A DNA stretch of 64,000 nucleotides from assembly GCA_050250935.1 (NCBI GenBank), contig JBFWNS010000003.1, positions 32,001-96,000 on the forward strand, written 5' to 3'. Shown here in pieces: positions 19,910-29,896 of the stretch. Position numbers and translations under genes: made by a program. The number at the start of each line of letters is the position of its first letter. Within the stretch, counting starts at the first letter, position 1. This DNA is from Candidatus Margulisiibacteriota bacterium. Its GTDB lineage: Bacteria; Margulisbacteria; Marinamargulisbacteria; JBFWNS01. A model generated the notes under the pieces. That model was given only the letters and a program-made list of their open reading frames with translations. It made no database searches and was not told the DNA's origin.

Positions 19910-20977
19910 TTATAAGTGTACAGGGGCTCCCCCACGTCCGTTGGGTTTGTAAGTGGGGCTAATGAGTGCTGCCTTTATTTTGTGGTGGTATCGGGGATGC
20001 GCTGTTTTGAAGAGCTGATTAAGGTCTCTTTTGGCGAGTTCTTTGTGATCAGTATAGGCAAGCATGGCTGCACAGTGTAGGCGAGTAAAGACTTGAGCAT
20101 AGTTGTCTTGACGTTGTATGGCACTATGATAAAGGTGGTTAAACGTCTCTTGAATCTCATCGATTGAAATACTGTAGGGCTCATCTGGAAAGTGAGATTC
20201 TATTTGGTCTTGGCTCAATGGTTTTATATATCGAAAGGTATAGGTATCATCCACAAATGAGAGCAGTTGAAAATGATCTGAAAAAACCGCCATGAAAAAG
20301 GAGATCCAAAAACAGGTATAACAGCCATAATCCTGAAAAATAAAATAGCCACCTAAAACGGTGCTTTCTATCACTTCTTTCATAAAAAATTTGGTAGAAT
20401 ACCAAGATTTACAGCCATCTACAAAAACAGCATCAAACAAAACCCCTTGTGGAGCTCTAAAAATGGCAGTTCCATTGGCTTCAGAAATAGATTCTGGCAA
20501 ACTTTTATCTTGAATTTCAAGTAAATGGTAATAATTCATTTTCTCATGAAATTTATTGAAGATCTGTAGGAATCCATCTGAAGATAGAGATTGAAGAAAT
20601 TGAGAATCCAACCTGCCCTGAAGAAATCCCTTTAGTTGGTCAGTGCTGTAATAATTTCTAAACCGATCAAAGGTGATGAGTTTGGCTTCAGAATTTGCCA
20701 TCGGATTCGCCATCATGCCCATTGCAATTGCACGGGTGGTTCCCCCTAGAAATGGGCCCACCTCCAACACGGCATGGCGACCCGCCCACAAGTTTTTAAA
20801 AAAGAAATATAAGAAAGCTCTTTCAGACAGGGTGGTCTCAGTGGGAATACCCTCTAGCGCATCTAGAACGGGTTGAGAAATGGAAAGATCTAACCGAAAA
20901 TTATTGGGCTTGATGAGAAAAGGAGTTCTTTTTTTAGAGTTAATAGCGGAAAAGTAATACTTCACCAAATGCTTCAT
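19910..20977 (-). CDS. Class I SAM-dependent methyltransferase-like protein (Methyltransf_24-like)
   Basis: VLEVGPFLGGTT motif I, FDAVFVDG, GGYFIFQDY. Confidence 0.7.
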   Translation of the reverse strand: MKHLVKYYFSAINSKKRTPFLIKPNNFRLDLSISQPVLDALEGIPTETTLSERAFLYFFFKNLWAGRHAVLEVGPFLGGTTRAIAMGMMANPMANSEAKLITFDRFRNYYSTDQLKGFLQGRLDSQFLQSLSSDGFLQIFNKFHEKMNYYHLLEIQDKSLPESISEANGTAIFRAPQGVLFDAVFVDGCKSWYSTKFFMKEVIESTVLGGYFIFQDYGCYTCFWISFFMAVFSDHFQLLSFVDDTYTFRYIKPLSQDQIESHFPDEPYSISIDEIQETFNHLYHSAIQRQDNYAQVFTRLHCAAMLAYTDHKELAKRDLNQLFKTAHPRYHHKIKAALISPTYKPNGRGGAPVHL

Positions 20978-21023
20978 GTTCTTTCCTTGAGAAGTTTAGA
21001 GTGGGGGATATGCGAACCAAACT

Positions 21024-22004
21024 CTAGCACAAAGCCGCGATTCGTTCCACAATTCGGCTGGTGCCTTGGCCGTCGATCAGGTTGCCGATGGCTTTGGATT
21101 CTTCTTGGGAACCCACGGTTAGGAGTTCGGATTTGATGGCCAATCGGAATTGTGTTTCGGTTAGGTTTTCGTGGTACCCCAGGGTGGTGATGCCCGGTAG
21201 CTTGGCCAATCGTTTTTCGTCGGGTTCATCGGATTTAAAATTGCTGATGACCACCACAGGGACTTTCATGACGGCGGCTTCATAAATCGAGGTGCCAAGT
21301 GTTGTAATAAACAGAGAAGCCAATCGCAAATATTGACTTAAATCCGAGCAGTTTTCGTGAAAAATAATGCCGGTTTCTTTGGTTTTTTTAAGGGCCCGAA
21401 CATTTTGAAACCCGGGGCCAATTATCACATCGACTTTGATGCCCAAATCGTAGAGCCAAGGGACAAGTTTTAGGGTGAGGTTGTTGGGGTCGGTGGCGCC
21501 CATGGAAACCATAAGTCGGCTTCTGTAGTTGTGGTGGGCAAGCTTGTTTCTGGCTTCGATGAATTTCGGGTGAATGATGGTGTATGGGGCGCCACCCAAT
21601 ACTTCGCCATCAAACCCTGTCCAATCCAAGGCCTTAAAATCAAAATGAGCGTTGGGATAGATGACCAAATCGGCCAAAAATCGAGACTCGTTTAAGCAAT
21701 CAATTAAAACCAGTTTGATGCCCAAGGATTTGGCATAGCGCAATTCGTCGGATAGTGGGGCTTTGGTGTCGATAATCAGAACTTGGGGTTGGGTGGCATC
21801 GATAAAGCTTTTGAAACCCTCGAAATCGAACATAGGGGTGTGTAGAACGTTTCTGTCGCGCAAGGCACCCAAGACAACAGGATCTGGGTTGACGAGGCAA
21901 TGGCAGGCCATGTTGTTTTCTTTGAGGGTGTCCATCAAGGCCAAGGTTCGAGACAAGTGTCCCAACCCCGTTTCTTGGGAACCGGTCGTGTAGAATAAAA
22001 TCAT
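21024..22004 (-). CDS. Second PseG/SpsG-like GT-B protein
   Basis: GLGHLSR, MGATDP, GTSIYE, DGQGTSRI. Confidence 0.8.
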   Translation of the reverse strand: MILFYTTGSQETGLGHLSRTLALMDTLKENNMACHCLVNPDPVVLGALRDRNVLHTPMFDFEGFKSFIDATQPQVLIIDTKAPLSDELRYAKSLGIKLVLIDCLNESRFLADLVIYPNAHFDFKALDWTGFDGEVLGGAPYTIIHPKFIEARNKLAHHNYRSRLMVSMGATDPNNLTLKLVPWLYDLGIKVDVIIGPGFQNVRALKKTKETGIIFHENCSDLSQYLRLASLFITTLGTSIYEAAVMKVPVVVISNFKSDEPDEKRLAKLPGITTLGYHENLTETQFRLAIKSELLTVGSQEESKAIGNLIDGQGTSRIVERIAALC

Positions 22005-22567
22005 GATGATCCTTTTTTTGGGGGCGTGGTAATCCCGCCCGAGACGATAAATGTAATGGCTTTGGAGCGGTCAATATGTACCTGGGTTACGGCGTTTGCG
22101 GGGACCAGAATGGTGTTGCCCGCAAAGTTATAGGATTGGGGTAAATACACCGCAACGTGGTTGTTTAGCCCCAGAAAGTTAAGATCTCGGTTTGTAATAA
22201 ACCCCATCACTTGGATGTTGTCGACCTGGTTGAGGGTGACCAAGACCGGGGTATCAAAACCTTTGTTCTCCCCAAAAAAAGCGTTCAACATGTCTTTGAT
22301 AGAGGTATATAAAATTTTAATTAAAGGCAAACGGCTGAACTGTTTCTCAATAAAATCGAAAGCCGTTTTGGTTAAAAAATTGGACCCCAAAAGCCCAATT
22401 AAGGTAATGGAGCTGACGGTTAAGAGAAACCCAAGGCCTGGAATGGGAAGTGGGAATAAATCATCAAGCTTTGTAAAAACGGTGTACACAATAAACAAAG
22501 AACCGCCGATGGGGGCAGAAATCAGCAGGCCTTTGAAAAAATATTCCAGGATTTTTTTCATTTCCAC
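22001..22567 (-). CDS. DUF502 membrane protein
   Basis: Two TM segments; LPLIKILYTSIKD, VAVYLPQSYNFAG, IVSGG. Confidence 0.85.
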   Translation of the reverse strand: MEMKKILEYFFKGLLISAPIGGSLFIVYTVFTKLDDLFPLPIPGLGFLLTVSSITLIGLLGSNFLTKTAFDFIEKQFSRLPLIKILYTSIKDMLNAFFGENKGFDTPVLVTLNQVDNIQVMGFITNRDLNFLGLNNHVAVYLPQSYNFAGNTILVPANAVTQVHIDRSKAITFIVSGGITTPPKKGSS

Positions 22568-22615
22568 TTCAGCTTACCTGGTCAGATGGCCCTGTTCAAG
22601 ATTATGATGGGGCCT

Positions 22616-23608
22616 ATGTCCGAATTTGCTGTGGTTTTAAGCGATAAAGTCGGGGATGCCTTAAACGAACAGGGGTATACCCTGATCCATTTTTTAAAGG
22701 TTTTTTTTAAATCGTCCGATGTTCAAGTGGTCTCGACCCAGGATGTTCGGCAGCTGCGTCCGACAACCTGGCTATTTTTATTTTTACCATCTTCGCTGGT
22801 GCCAGACAATTTGGCTGGGCTTCGGTTTAAACATCTGGTGTTATGTGATTATTTGGACAGCATTATTTTGTCGGGCTATACCACAGACAATTTGTCCAAT
22901 TTCCGGAAGTTGGCTTGTGGCTATTTACGAACGGCTTACCGCAGGGATATCAACTATGGTATTCCCATGGGAACCCTGCCACTTCGCATGCCAACGGTGC
23001 TTCAGCACCAGTGGGGGATTCCTGTAAAATCGCTTGCAAGGCGACAGTTTGATGCTATTTTTTTAGGGGTTCCAACCTACAATTCAGAGTCTGGAGTGGC
23101 GTATCATCAACGGGTGGAGTGGTTGCTAGAACTGGTCGGAAAATGCCGATTTTTTGGGGGGCTTTTGGATTCGCCAACCTATCCCAGAGCCGATCTCGAA
23201 GCCATTTTTGGTGATTTAAGTGCGATTTATTTTAAGGGCAAGCCGTTGAGCCCTTTTTTGTTTAGTCATTATTTGCGTCAATCGAAGGTGGCTTTGTTAC
23301 CCACGGGCCATTCCCGGTGGACCTATCGCCATTACGAGGCCGTGTATGCAGGTTGTGTGCCGGTGTCTACGGATGTTGCTGGTATCCAAACCTTTGTTCC
23401 TTTGCCCACTGCTGCCGTGATGGTGCCAGATCATGCCCCCTTGCTTCCGACACTAAGGGCTATTTTGGCGGATTTGGCGGGGTATCAAGACTTCGTGAAT
23501 CAACACCTGACTGAAATGTCGAGGTGGTTACATCGTGGGCAATTTAGCCAAAAGCAGCCAGAAGCTCTACACCGATTTATGGCACAGTTGGACGGTTTTT
23601 TAGCTTAA
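22616..23608 (+). CDS. Hypothetical protein, possible glycosyltransferase-fold
   Basis: C-terminal SKVALLPTGH...YRHYEAVYAGCVPVS resembles a GT-B nucleotide-binding end; start uncertain (22586-22616). Confidence 0.5.
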   Translation: MSEFAVVLSDKVGDALNEQGYTLIHFLKVFFKSSDVQVVSTQDVRQLRPTTWLFLFLPSSLVPDNLAGLRFKHLVLCDYLDSIILSGYTTDNLSNFRKLACGYLRTAYRRDINYGIPMGTLPLRMPTVLQHQWGIPVKSLARRQFDAIFLGVPTYNSESGVAYHQRVEWLLELVGKCRFFGGLLDSPTYPRADLEAIFGDLSAIYFKGKPLSPFLFSHYLRQSKVALLPTGHSRWTYRHYEAVYAGCVPVSTDVAGIQTFVPLPTAAVMVPDHAPLLPTLRAILADLAGYQDFVNQHLTEMSRWLHRGQFSQKQPEALHRFMAQLDGFLA

Positions 23609-25399
23609 ATCAACAGCAACCTGAAGGTGGATGTCTTTGAGCTGTTTGGCGGTTACCTTGTCTGGAGCTTGGGTGAGGGGGCAAAAGGCCACCCTGTTTT
23701 TGGGAAAGGCAATGACTTCGCGAATAGATTCGGTTCCCAAAACCATGCTAACCAACCGGTCCACACCCAAAGCAAGACCGCCGTGTGGTGGGGCACCATA
23801 GCGCAAGGCTTTGACAAAAAAGCCAAATTTTTCTTCGATTTCGCTGGGGCTTAGCTTCAGCAATTTGAATAAAATATTTTGAGTAGTCGCATCGTGGATT
23901 CGAATGCTGCCACCGCCCAATTCTTCGCCGTTGACGACCACATCATAGGCGCGGGCTTTCAGGGCCAATAGTTCGTCTTGGCTCATCCCTTCTCGAAGCG
24001 GGGTTTGGGCTTGGGTAAAAGGGTGATGCACGGCTGTGAGTCGGCCTTCGTGCAGTTCGAATAAGGGAAAATCAACAACCCAACAGGCAGCGAAGGTGTC
24101 TGGAATCATGTTCAGTCTATGGGCAATATAACTTCGAAAACGACCCAACACTTCGTTGACGGTTCTGGGGTTGCTGTCGGCCACAAAAACCAAAACGTCC
24201 CCGTCTTCGCCACCCAAGGCATCGGCCATGGCTTTGAGTTCTTCAGGAGAGAAAAATTGAACAATATTGGATTCGAGTTGACCGTTTTCGACACGCATCC
24301 AGGTTAAGCCTTTGCCACCCAGTTTTTGAATGACGGATTTGGCCAGGTCTTCTTGGAGCACGTTTTTGCTGAGTTCTTTGCTTTTGCCTTTAATGTTAAG
24401 GCCTTTAACGGTGCCGCCGTTTTCCAAAATGGTTTTGAAAATTTTATAGCTGGTGTTTTGAACCAAATGGGTCACATTGACCAGTTTGAGATCGAAGCGT
24501 AGATCCGGTCTGTCGGTGCCATAGTGTTCCATGGCGTCTTGATAGGTGATGTGTTCAAAGGTATCGGGGAGGGTGATGTTGCCGTGTTTGAAGGCCGCTT
24601 TAAGCATGCCTTCGACCAAAGGAAAAATAAAGGTTTCATCAATAAAGGACGCTTCCAAATCGATTTGGGTAAACTCGGGTTGTCGGTTGGGGCGCAAATC
24701 TTCGTCTCGGAAACATTTGGCCACTTGGAAATAACGGTCCAGGCCGCTGATCATGAGCAGCTGTTTAAACAGTTGTGGGGATTGGGGCAAGGCATAGAAA
24801 TGCTCGGGATGAACGCGGCTGGGCACCAAATAGTCTCGGGCCCCTTCTGGGGTGCTTTTGGTGAGGGTTGGGGTTTCCACTTCGGTGAAGTGGTGTTCGT
24901 CCAAATAGTCGCGAATGGTCTTTAGAATTTTGTATCGGGTTTTAAGGGCCTGTTGCATGGGTGCGCGACGCAGGTCGATGTAGCGGTATTTAAGCCGCAG
25001 GTCTTCGTCGACGCCAAAATGGGTTTCGCCGTCGCTGTCGAGTTTTTCGGCAATTTCGAAAGGCGGTGTGTCGCTGGTGTTCAAAATCTCGAGGTCTTGA
25101 ACCACCACTTCGAGTTGACCCGTGCTCAGGTTGGGGTTAACGGTGTCTTCGCTTCGTTGACGCACCAAACCGGTGATGCGAACCACAAATTCGTGGCGTA
25201 GGGTTTCGGCTTTGGCATAAAGTTCTGGGGTTTGGGTCCTGTCAAATACAATCTGAATCAGGCCGGAGGTGTCTCTTAAATGGATAAACAGGACATGGCC
25301 ATGGTCTCGGACAGTATCAATCCAGCCACACAGTGACAGGGTTTTGCCGACGTGGGTGTTGGAAACGTGGGTACAATAGGTTCTGGAAAGGGTAGTCAT
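23600..25399 (-). CDS. aspS: Aspartate--tRNA ligase (probably non-discriminating)
   Basis: RDHG, RLKYRYIDLRR, STPEGARDY, LPQSPQLFKQ, FRDEDLR, GGGSIRIH, GAPPHGG; ATG 25399 chosen to avoid a long overlap. Confidence 0.97.
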   Translation of the reverse strand: MTTLSRTYCTHVSNTHVGKTLSLCGWIDTVRDHGHVLFIHLRDTSGLIQIVFDRTQTPELYAKAETLRHEFVVRITGLVRQRSEDTVNPNLSTGQLEVVVQDLEILNTSDTPPFEIAEKLDSDGETHFGVDEDLRLKYRYIDLRRAPMQQALKTRYKILKTIRDYLDEHHFTEVETPTLTKSTPEGARDYLVPSRVHPEHFYALPQSPQLFKQLLMISGLDRYFQVAKCFRDEDLRPNRQPEFTQIDLEASFIDETFIFPLVEGMLKAAFKHGNITLPDTFEHITYQDAMEHYGTDRPDLRFDLKLVNVTHLVQNTSYKIFKTILENGGTVKGLNIKGKSKELSKNVLQEDLAKSVIQKLGGKGLTWMRVENGQLESNIVQFFSPEELKAMADALGGEDGDVLVFVADSNPRTVNEVLGRFRSYIAHRLNMIPDTFAACWVVDFPLFELHEGRLTAVHHPFTQAQTPLREGMSQDELLALKARAYDVVVNGEELGGGSIRIHDATTQNILFKLLKLSPSEIEEKFGFFVKALRYGAPPHGGLALGVDRLVSMVLGTESIREVIAFPKNRVAFCPLTQAPDKVTAKQLKDIHLQVAVDLS

Positions 25400-25413
25400 A
25401 AGAACAAAAAAGT

Positions 25414-26316
25414 CTACTGGAACCGGGCTAAAAAAGCAATCAAGTCTGCATAGACCTGTTCGCGGTTTGTTTCGTTGATGCATTCGTGGCGTGCGCCGTC
25501 GTACAGGGTAAAGACAAGGTTTGAGAGGCCGGCTTTAAGATACCGATCGGCCAAGGCTCTAGAGGCTTTTCCATAGCCCCCAACGGGGTCTTGGCTTCCC
25601 CCAAAAAGATACAAGGGCAAGGTTTTGGGCAGGGTTTCGAAGGTTTGTGCCGGGCTAAAGAGCTTGGATAGGCCTTTAAAAAAACCGGCAAAAAACCCAA
25701 AAGAACACCCAAATCCACAGGCCGGGTCCGCCAGATAGCGATCGACTTCCCCCTTGTCGCGACTGATCCAATCGCAGGAGGTTCGGGTTGGAAAAAAATG
25801 CAGGTTATAAGGCCCAAAAACCAGTTTTTGGAGCAGACGGGCTTGGGACAATGGGCCCCAAAGGGCAGTTCCCCATCGGGCAACGCTTTCGCCAAGTTTA
25901 ATTCCACTGTCTTGCCAACCACTGCCAGAGAGCACCAAGGCTGCAGGTTCGGTGGGGTGTTCTAGGGTATAGGCCTGGGCCAAAAACGAGCCCATACTGT
26001 GCCCAAACAGCACCAGGGGAATGCCTGGATACTGGGCTTTGGTTTTCAAAATCTGGGTGTGGGTGTCGGCCAAAAATTGGTCCCAGCAGCTGTTGTCCAA
26101 TTGGCCATAATGGTCTGGAGAACAGGTTTTGCCATGACCTTGGTGGTCGTGGGCGGTGACGGCGAATCCTGCTTGGTTTAGGGTGTGGGCCAGGTGGGCG
26201 TAACGGCCAGCATGTTCCATCATACCGTGCAAAATATGAACCACAGCTTTCGGGTTTGGGCTGGGCCACTCGTAGCGATATACAGGAAGGCTAGCCAAGC
26301 GTTGGGGCCTCGGCAT
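25414..26316 (-). CDS. Alpha/beta hydrolase, lysophospholipase family
   Basis: HGMMEHAGRY, DHQGHG, GHSMG nucleophile, DPV, RHE. Confidence 0.9.
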   Translation of the reverse strand: MPRPQRLASLPVYRYEWPSPNPKAVVHILHGMMEHAGRYAHLAHTLNQAGFAVTAHDHQGHGKTCSPDHYGQLDNSCWDQFLADTHTQILKTKAQYPGIPLVLFGHSMGSFLAQAYTLEHPTEPAALVLSGSGWQDSGIKLGESVARWGTALWGPLSQARLLQKLVFGPYNLHFFPTRTSCDWISRDKGEVDRYLADPACGFGCSFGFFAGFFKGLSKLFSPAQTFETLPKTLPLYLFGGSQDPVGGYGKASRALADRYLKAGLSNLVFTLYDGARHECINETNREQVYADLIAFLARFQ

Positions 26317-26821
26317 CTTTTTTCGAGATCAAGGGAGCTTGGTTGTCGATTAGGGGCCATTTAACCCCAATGCTAGAGTCGTTCCAGGCAATGGCCCTGT
26401 CCAGCTCGGCGGCATAATAGTCGCTGCATTTATACAGCACTTCGGCGGTTTCGGAGAGCACATAAAACCCATGGGCAAAGCCTGTGGGCACAAAAAGCAT
26501 GTGGTTGTTTTCCGACGTTAAATAGGTCCCATACCACTGCTTGAAGGTGGGCGAATCGGGTCGAATATCGACGGCCACATCGAAAATGGTGCCTTTAAGC
26601 ACCCGAACCAATTTGGCTTGGGGTTGTGGCTCGGCTTGAAAATGAAGGCCTCGCAAGGTGCCTTGAATGGATAAACTTTGGTTGTCTTGGACAAAGTGCG
26701 GTAGACCCAGTTCGGAAAATTGATTTTCCCGATATGCTTCGAAAAAAGAACCTCGGTGGTCACCAATCAGTTTGGGTTCGATGACGATTACCCCAGGTAG
26801 TGGGGTTAGGTGATGTTTCAT
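26291..26821 (-). CDS. rmlC: dTDP-4-dehydrorhamnose 3,5-epimerase
   Basis: DHRGSFFE, QDNQS, LRGLHFQ, DVAVDIR, GFAHGF. Confidence 0.95.
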   Translation of the reverse strand: MKHHLTPLPGVIVIEPKLIGDHRGSFFEAYRENQFSELGLPHFVQDNQSLSIQGTLRGLHFQAEPQPQAKLVRVLKGTIFDVAVDIRPDSPTFKQWYGTYLTSENNHMLFVPTGFAHGFYVLSETAEVLYKCSDYYAAELDRAIAWNDSSIGVKWPLIDNQAPLISKKDAEAPTLG

Positions 26822-29364
26822 AAGGCCTCCTGGGTTGGACTAAACCAATAGACTTGTGGGTTTTGCAAATAGCGATTGGCCGATTCGCGACCTTTTTCTG
26901 GATTTAAGGTTAAAAACTGCTTGGGCTGAGACACATAGCGATCGAAGCCGAGTCCATACAATTCGTCGGTAATACAGGTCAGCGACAGGCTTTCCAGAGA
27001 CGAGAGTTTTTCTCGGTAATAATAGTCCATTTCGGCCTGAACTTTTTCAAATTCATCAGCCCCAATGAGGGTGGTTTGAACCTTTTGAATTTCCTCGAAA
27101 ATAATATCGGTTACGGTTTGAAGCCGGTCGGGGTGGGTTAGGGCATAGATCAGGAAATGGCCGGCTTCCAGGCCGGGGTAGTGGGTGGCGTGGACCATAT
27201 AGACCAAGCCTTCTCCCCGAAGCCGTTCATGTAACCGGCCGCTGGGGTAATACAGACCCGATAAAATACTGTCCAATAGGTCAAATTGCAGACACCCTTC
27301 GGTGTCGGTAAAGGTGGTGCCATCAAAGGCTACCAAAACGGCCCCAACGTCTTGCTTGATGGGAAAATGACTTTTACTCGCCTGGTTGTGGCGTTGTCGG
27401 TTTAGGGGGGCAAGTCCGTCTCTGGTTTTCAGATGGGGTTCAAACGCGCCTATTTTTTGTTCGATCAGGGATTGAATTTTGTGTTGATCAATGTCGCCAA
27501 ATACGGTTAAAACGAGTTGGGTTGGGTTCAATAGGCTTGCAAAATAGGCGTCGATATCGGCTTTGGTAATGCTGTCTACCGAGGTTAGTTCCCCTATGCT
27601 GGACAGGCCATAGGGATGGGCTTTGAAAAACTGTTTTCGGGCTTGATAAAAGGCCAGGGTTTGCCAATCGTCTTCGCGTTGCTCGATCACTTGCTGGAGT
27701 CGGCGTTTGCTATCTGCCAGATCTGTGTCGGAAAAAACGGGGTAAAACCCAGCATCTAAAAAAGCCGGTAAAAGGGTTTCGAAATCGTCACTCAGGCAGT
27801 CCATGGCCAACATCAGGGTATTGTTTCCCATGCTGCCACCCAATTGAGCGCCGTTGTTTTCAATCAGGGTTTGAAGGGCTATTTTTTCGTAGGCTGCAGA
27901 GCCTTTGCCCAAAAGATCGGCGGTTAGGCTGCCGATGCCGTTGTTGTGGGCGGTTTCTGCCCGAAGGCCACCCAAGAAGGCCAGTTTACAATGGACCTTG
28001 GGTTGGGTTTTGTTGGGATACAACAATACCCGAATGCCGTTTTGAAGGGTGATTTTTTGAGGGGTTTTGGTGGCCTCTGTTTCTGTGTTTTGGTAAGGGT
28101 GGTCCAAACTGGGTTTTTCGTCTTCGGGGCGAAGTACGGTTACAATCATTTTGGCTGGGTCCAAATAGGTTTTGGCCACTGCCGCAACTTGGTCTTTGGT
28201 GACGTGTTTAAAGGCCTCGACATAGATTTCGAAAAACTCGGGGCTTCGGCCGTACAGCAGGGCTTCTCCCAATTTCGAGGCCCGGTCTTCGAGGGTGGAA
28301 ATGGCAAAAATATTTTCGGCCAACTTTTGTTTTTTTGCGCGTTGGGTTCGATCTGCATCAAATTTCCCGGCTTTGATATCGTCTAGAATGGCCAGCGTGG
28401 CTTGGACGAACTCGATTTCTTTGTCGCTGTCGATTTCGGCGCTTATTTCGAAATACCCAGTGGTTAGGGTTGGGGTATACGAGGCGCAGTGGATGGTGTA
28501 GGCCAATGCTTTTTCTTCGATCAATTGTCGGTTCAACAACGAATCGTGGCCGTTGTCGAGGATAAATTCCAATAAATCCAGGGGATACAAATCCCCAGAA
28601 AACAGAGAAATGGTGGCAAAGCGCAGGCTAATCAGGGTGGTGTTGGTGGGGCCAAAACTTTCTTTTCTTCGGGCACAGAAGGGTTGGGGTTCCTCAAAAA
28701 CAGGCACCAGGGGCAAGGCTTTGGGTTTTGCGGCGCCAAAGGTTTGAATGGCGGTGTCCAAGAGAACCTCGGATTTAAACTGACCGGCGATCACCACAAT
28801 CATGTTGTTGGGCACATACCATTGGCGATAATAAGCCATCAGGTCGTCTCGGGTAATGGTTAAAAATTGGTCCAAATAGCCAATAACGGGCAGTTGAATG
28901 GGGTGGTATTGATACAGATTGTGTTGGCAAGCATGGTAAAACCGAACATCGATATTGGCGGTATTTTTTTCGATTTCTCGGGTAATGACTTCCCGTTCGC
29001 GGTTAAATTCCTTGGGCTCAAAGGCACAGGAAAACACCCATTCGGACAACACCCGAACCGCGTCTTGAACATGGTCAGGGGTGGTGTTGATGTAGTAGCA
29101 GGTGTGGTCGTTGGTGGTGTGGGCATTAAAGGCACCACCCATTTTGCCAATGGCTTTTTTATAGGCCTCTTCGGTTTGGATGGTGGTGCTTCCCCCAGCC
29201 ACCATGTGTTCTAAAAAATGCGATAAACCAGCCCCCAAATGAGGTCCTTCCATCATCGAGCCGGCTTTCACATAGACGCGAACCGAGCACAAACTGGCTT
29301 GGTCGTCTTGCAACAAAACAATGCGGGCTCCGTTATCGAGGGTTTGGTCATGAACGACGGACAT
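26818..29364 (-). CDS. Cytoplasmic M16 family zinc peptidase
   Basis: HFLEH, FNAHTTNDHT, two M16 halves, no signal peptide. Confidence 0.9.
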   Translation of the reverse strand: MSVVHDQTLDNGARIVLLQDDQASLCSVRVYVKAGSMMEGPHLGAGLSHFLEHMVAGGSTTIQTEEAYKKAIGKMGGAFNAHTTNDHTCYYINTTPDHVQDAVRVLSEWVFSCAFEPKEFNREREVITREIEKNTANIDVRFYHACQHNLYQYHPIQLPVIGYLDQFLTITRDDLMAYYRQWYVPNNMIVVIAGQFKSEVLLDTAIQTFGAAKPKALPLVPVFEEPQPFCARRKESFGPTNTTLISLRFATISLFSGDLYPLDLLEFILDNGHDSLLNRQLIEEKALAYTIHCASYTPTLTTGYFEISAEIDSDKEIEFVQATLAILDDIKAGKFDADRTQRAKKQKLAENIFAISTLEDRASKLGEALLYGRSPEFFEIYVEAFKHVTKDQVAAVAKTYLDPAKMIVTVLRPEDEKPSLDHPYQNTETEATKTPQKITLQNGIRVLLYPNKTQPKVHCKLAFLGGLRAETAHNNGIGSLTADLLGKGSAAYEKIALQTLIENNGAQLGGSMGNNTLMLAMDCLSDDFETLLPAFLDAGFYPVFSDTDLADSKRRLQQVIEQREDDWQTLAFYQARKQFFKAHPYGLSSIGELTSVDSITKADIDAYFASLLNPTQLVLTVFGDIDQHKIQSLIEQKIGAFEPHLKTRDGLAPLNRQRHNQASKSHFPIKQDVGAVLVAFDGTTFTDTEGCLQFDLLDSILSGLYYPSGRLHERLRGEGLVYMVHATHYPGLEAGHFLIYALTHPDRLQTVTDIIFEEIQKVQTTLIGADEFEKVQAEMDYYYREKLSSLESLSLTCITDELYGLGFDRYVSQPKQFLTLNPEKGRESANRYLQNPQVYWFSPTQEAL

Positions 29365-29893
29365 GGGGATCTCCTAGGTAGTGTTGGTACTGTTTCCAAA
29401 TATAGTTGGCAATTGTTGTGACTGATTTTCCGGTGGTATCGACATAGAAATGCGCTGTTTGGCGATAGAGGGGTTCTCGTTGTGCTTTGAGTTCTTTAAT
29501 CTTGGTTTCGCGATCTTCTACTTGAAGCAAAGGCCGAACCTTGTCGTTGGCCATGCGTTTTAAAATTTCGGCCAGACTGGTGTCCAAATAGACCACCCAA
29601 CCCGCTTTTTGAAGCAAGGCCCGATTTTCGGCCCTTAAAATTGTGCCCCCACCGGTTGAGATGATGGTATTGGTTCGGTGTTGAAGGTGTTTGCAATGGG
29701 TGGTTTCGCGGTCTCGAAATGCCTCTTCGCCTTCGGTTTCAAAAAGGGTACTGATGGTTTTTTGGGTTTCTTGGATGATGGCTTTATCGGTGTCCAAAAG
29801 GTCGAATCCCGACACTTTTTTTAGCTTTTTTGCAATCGAGGTTTTTCCGCTTCCCATGAACCCAATGAGGATGATGTTGGTGGGTTTGGACAT
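29348..29893 (-). CDS. aroK: Shikimate kinase
   Basis: GFMGSGKT, DTD, GEEAFRDRE, STGGG, RPLL. Confidence 0.95.
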   Translation of the reverse strand: MSKPTNIILIGFMGSGKTSIAKKLKKVSGFDLLDTDKAIIQETQKTISTLFETEGEEAFRDRETTHCKHLQHRTNTIISTGGGTILRAENRALLQKAGWVVYLDTSLAEILKRMANDKVRPLLQVEDRETKIKELKAQREPLYRQTAHFYVDTTGKSVTTIANYIWKQYQHYLGDPHVRRS

Positions 29894-29896
29894 TCC

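Noticed and set aside
25400..25483. Track N-terminal extensions of aspS (also umuD, aroE, the Spy-like gene and the aldo-keto reductase)
   Set aside because: Extensions overlap neighbouring genes and lack family similarity; downstream starts fit better
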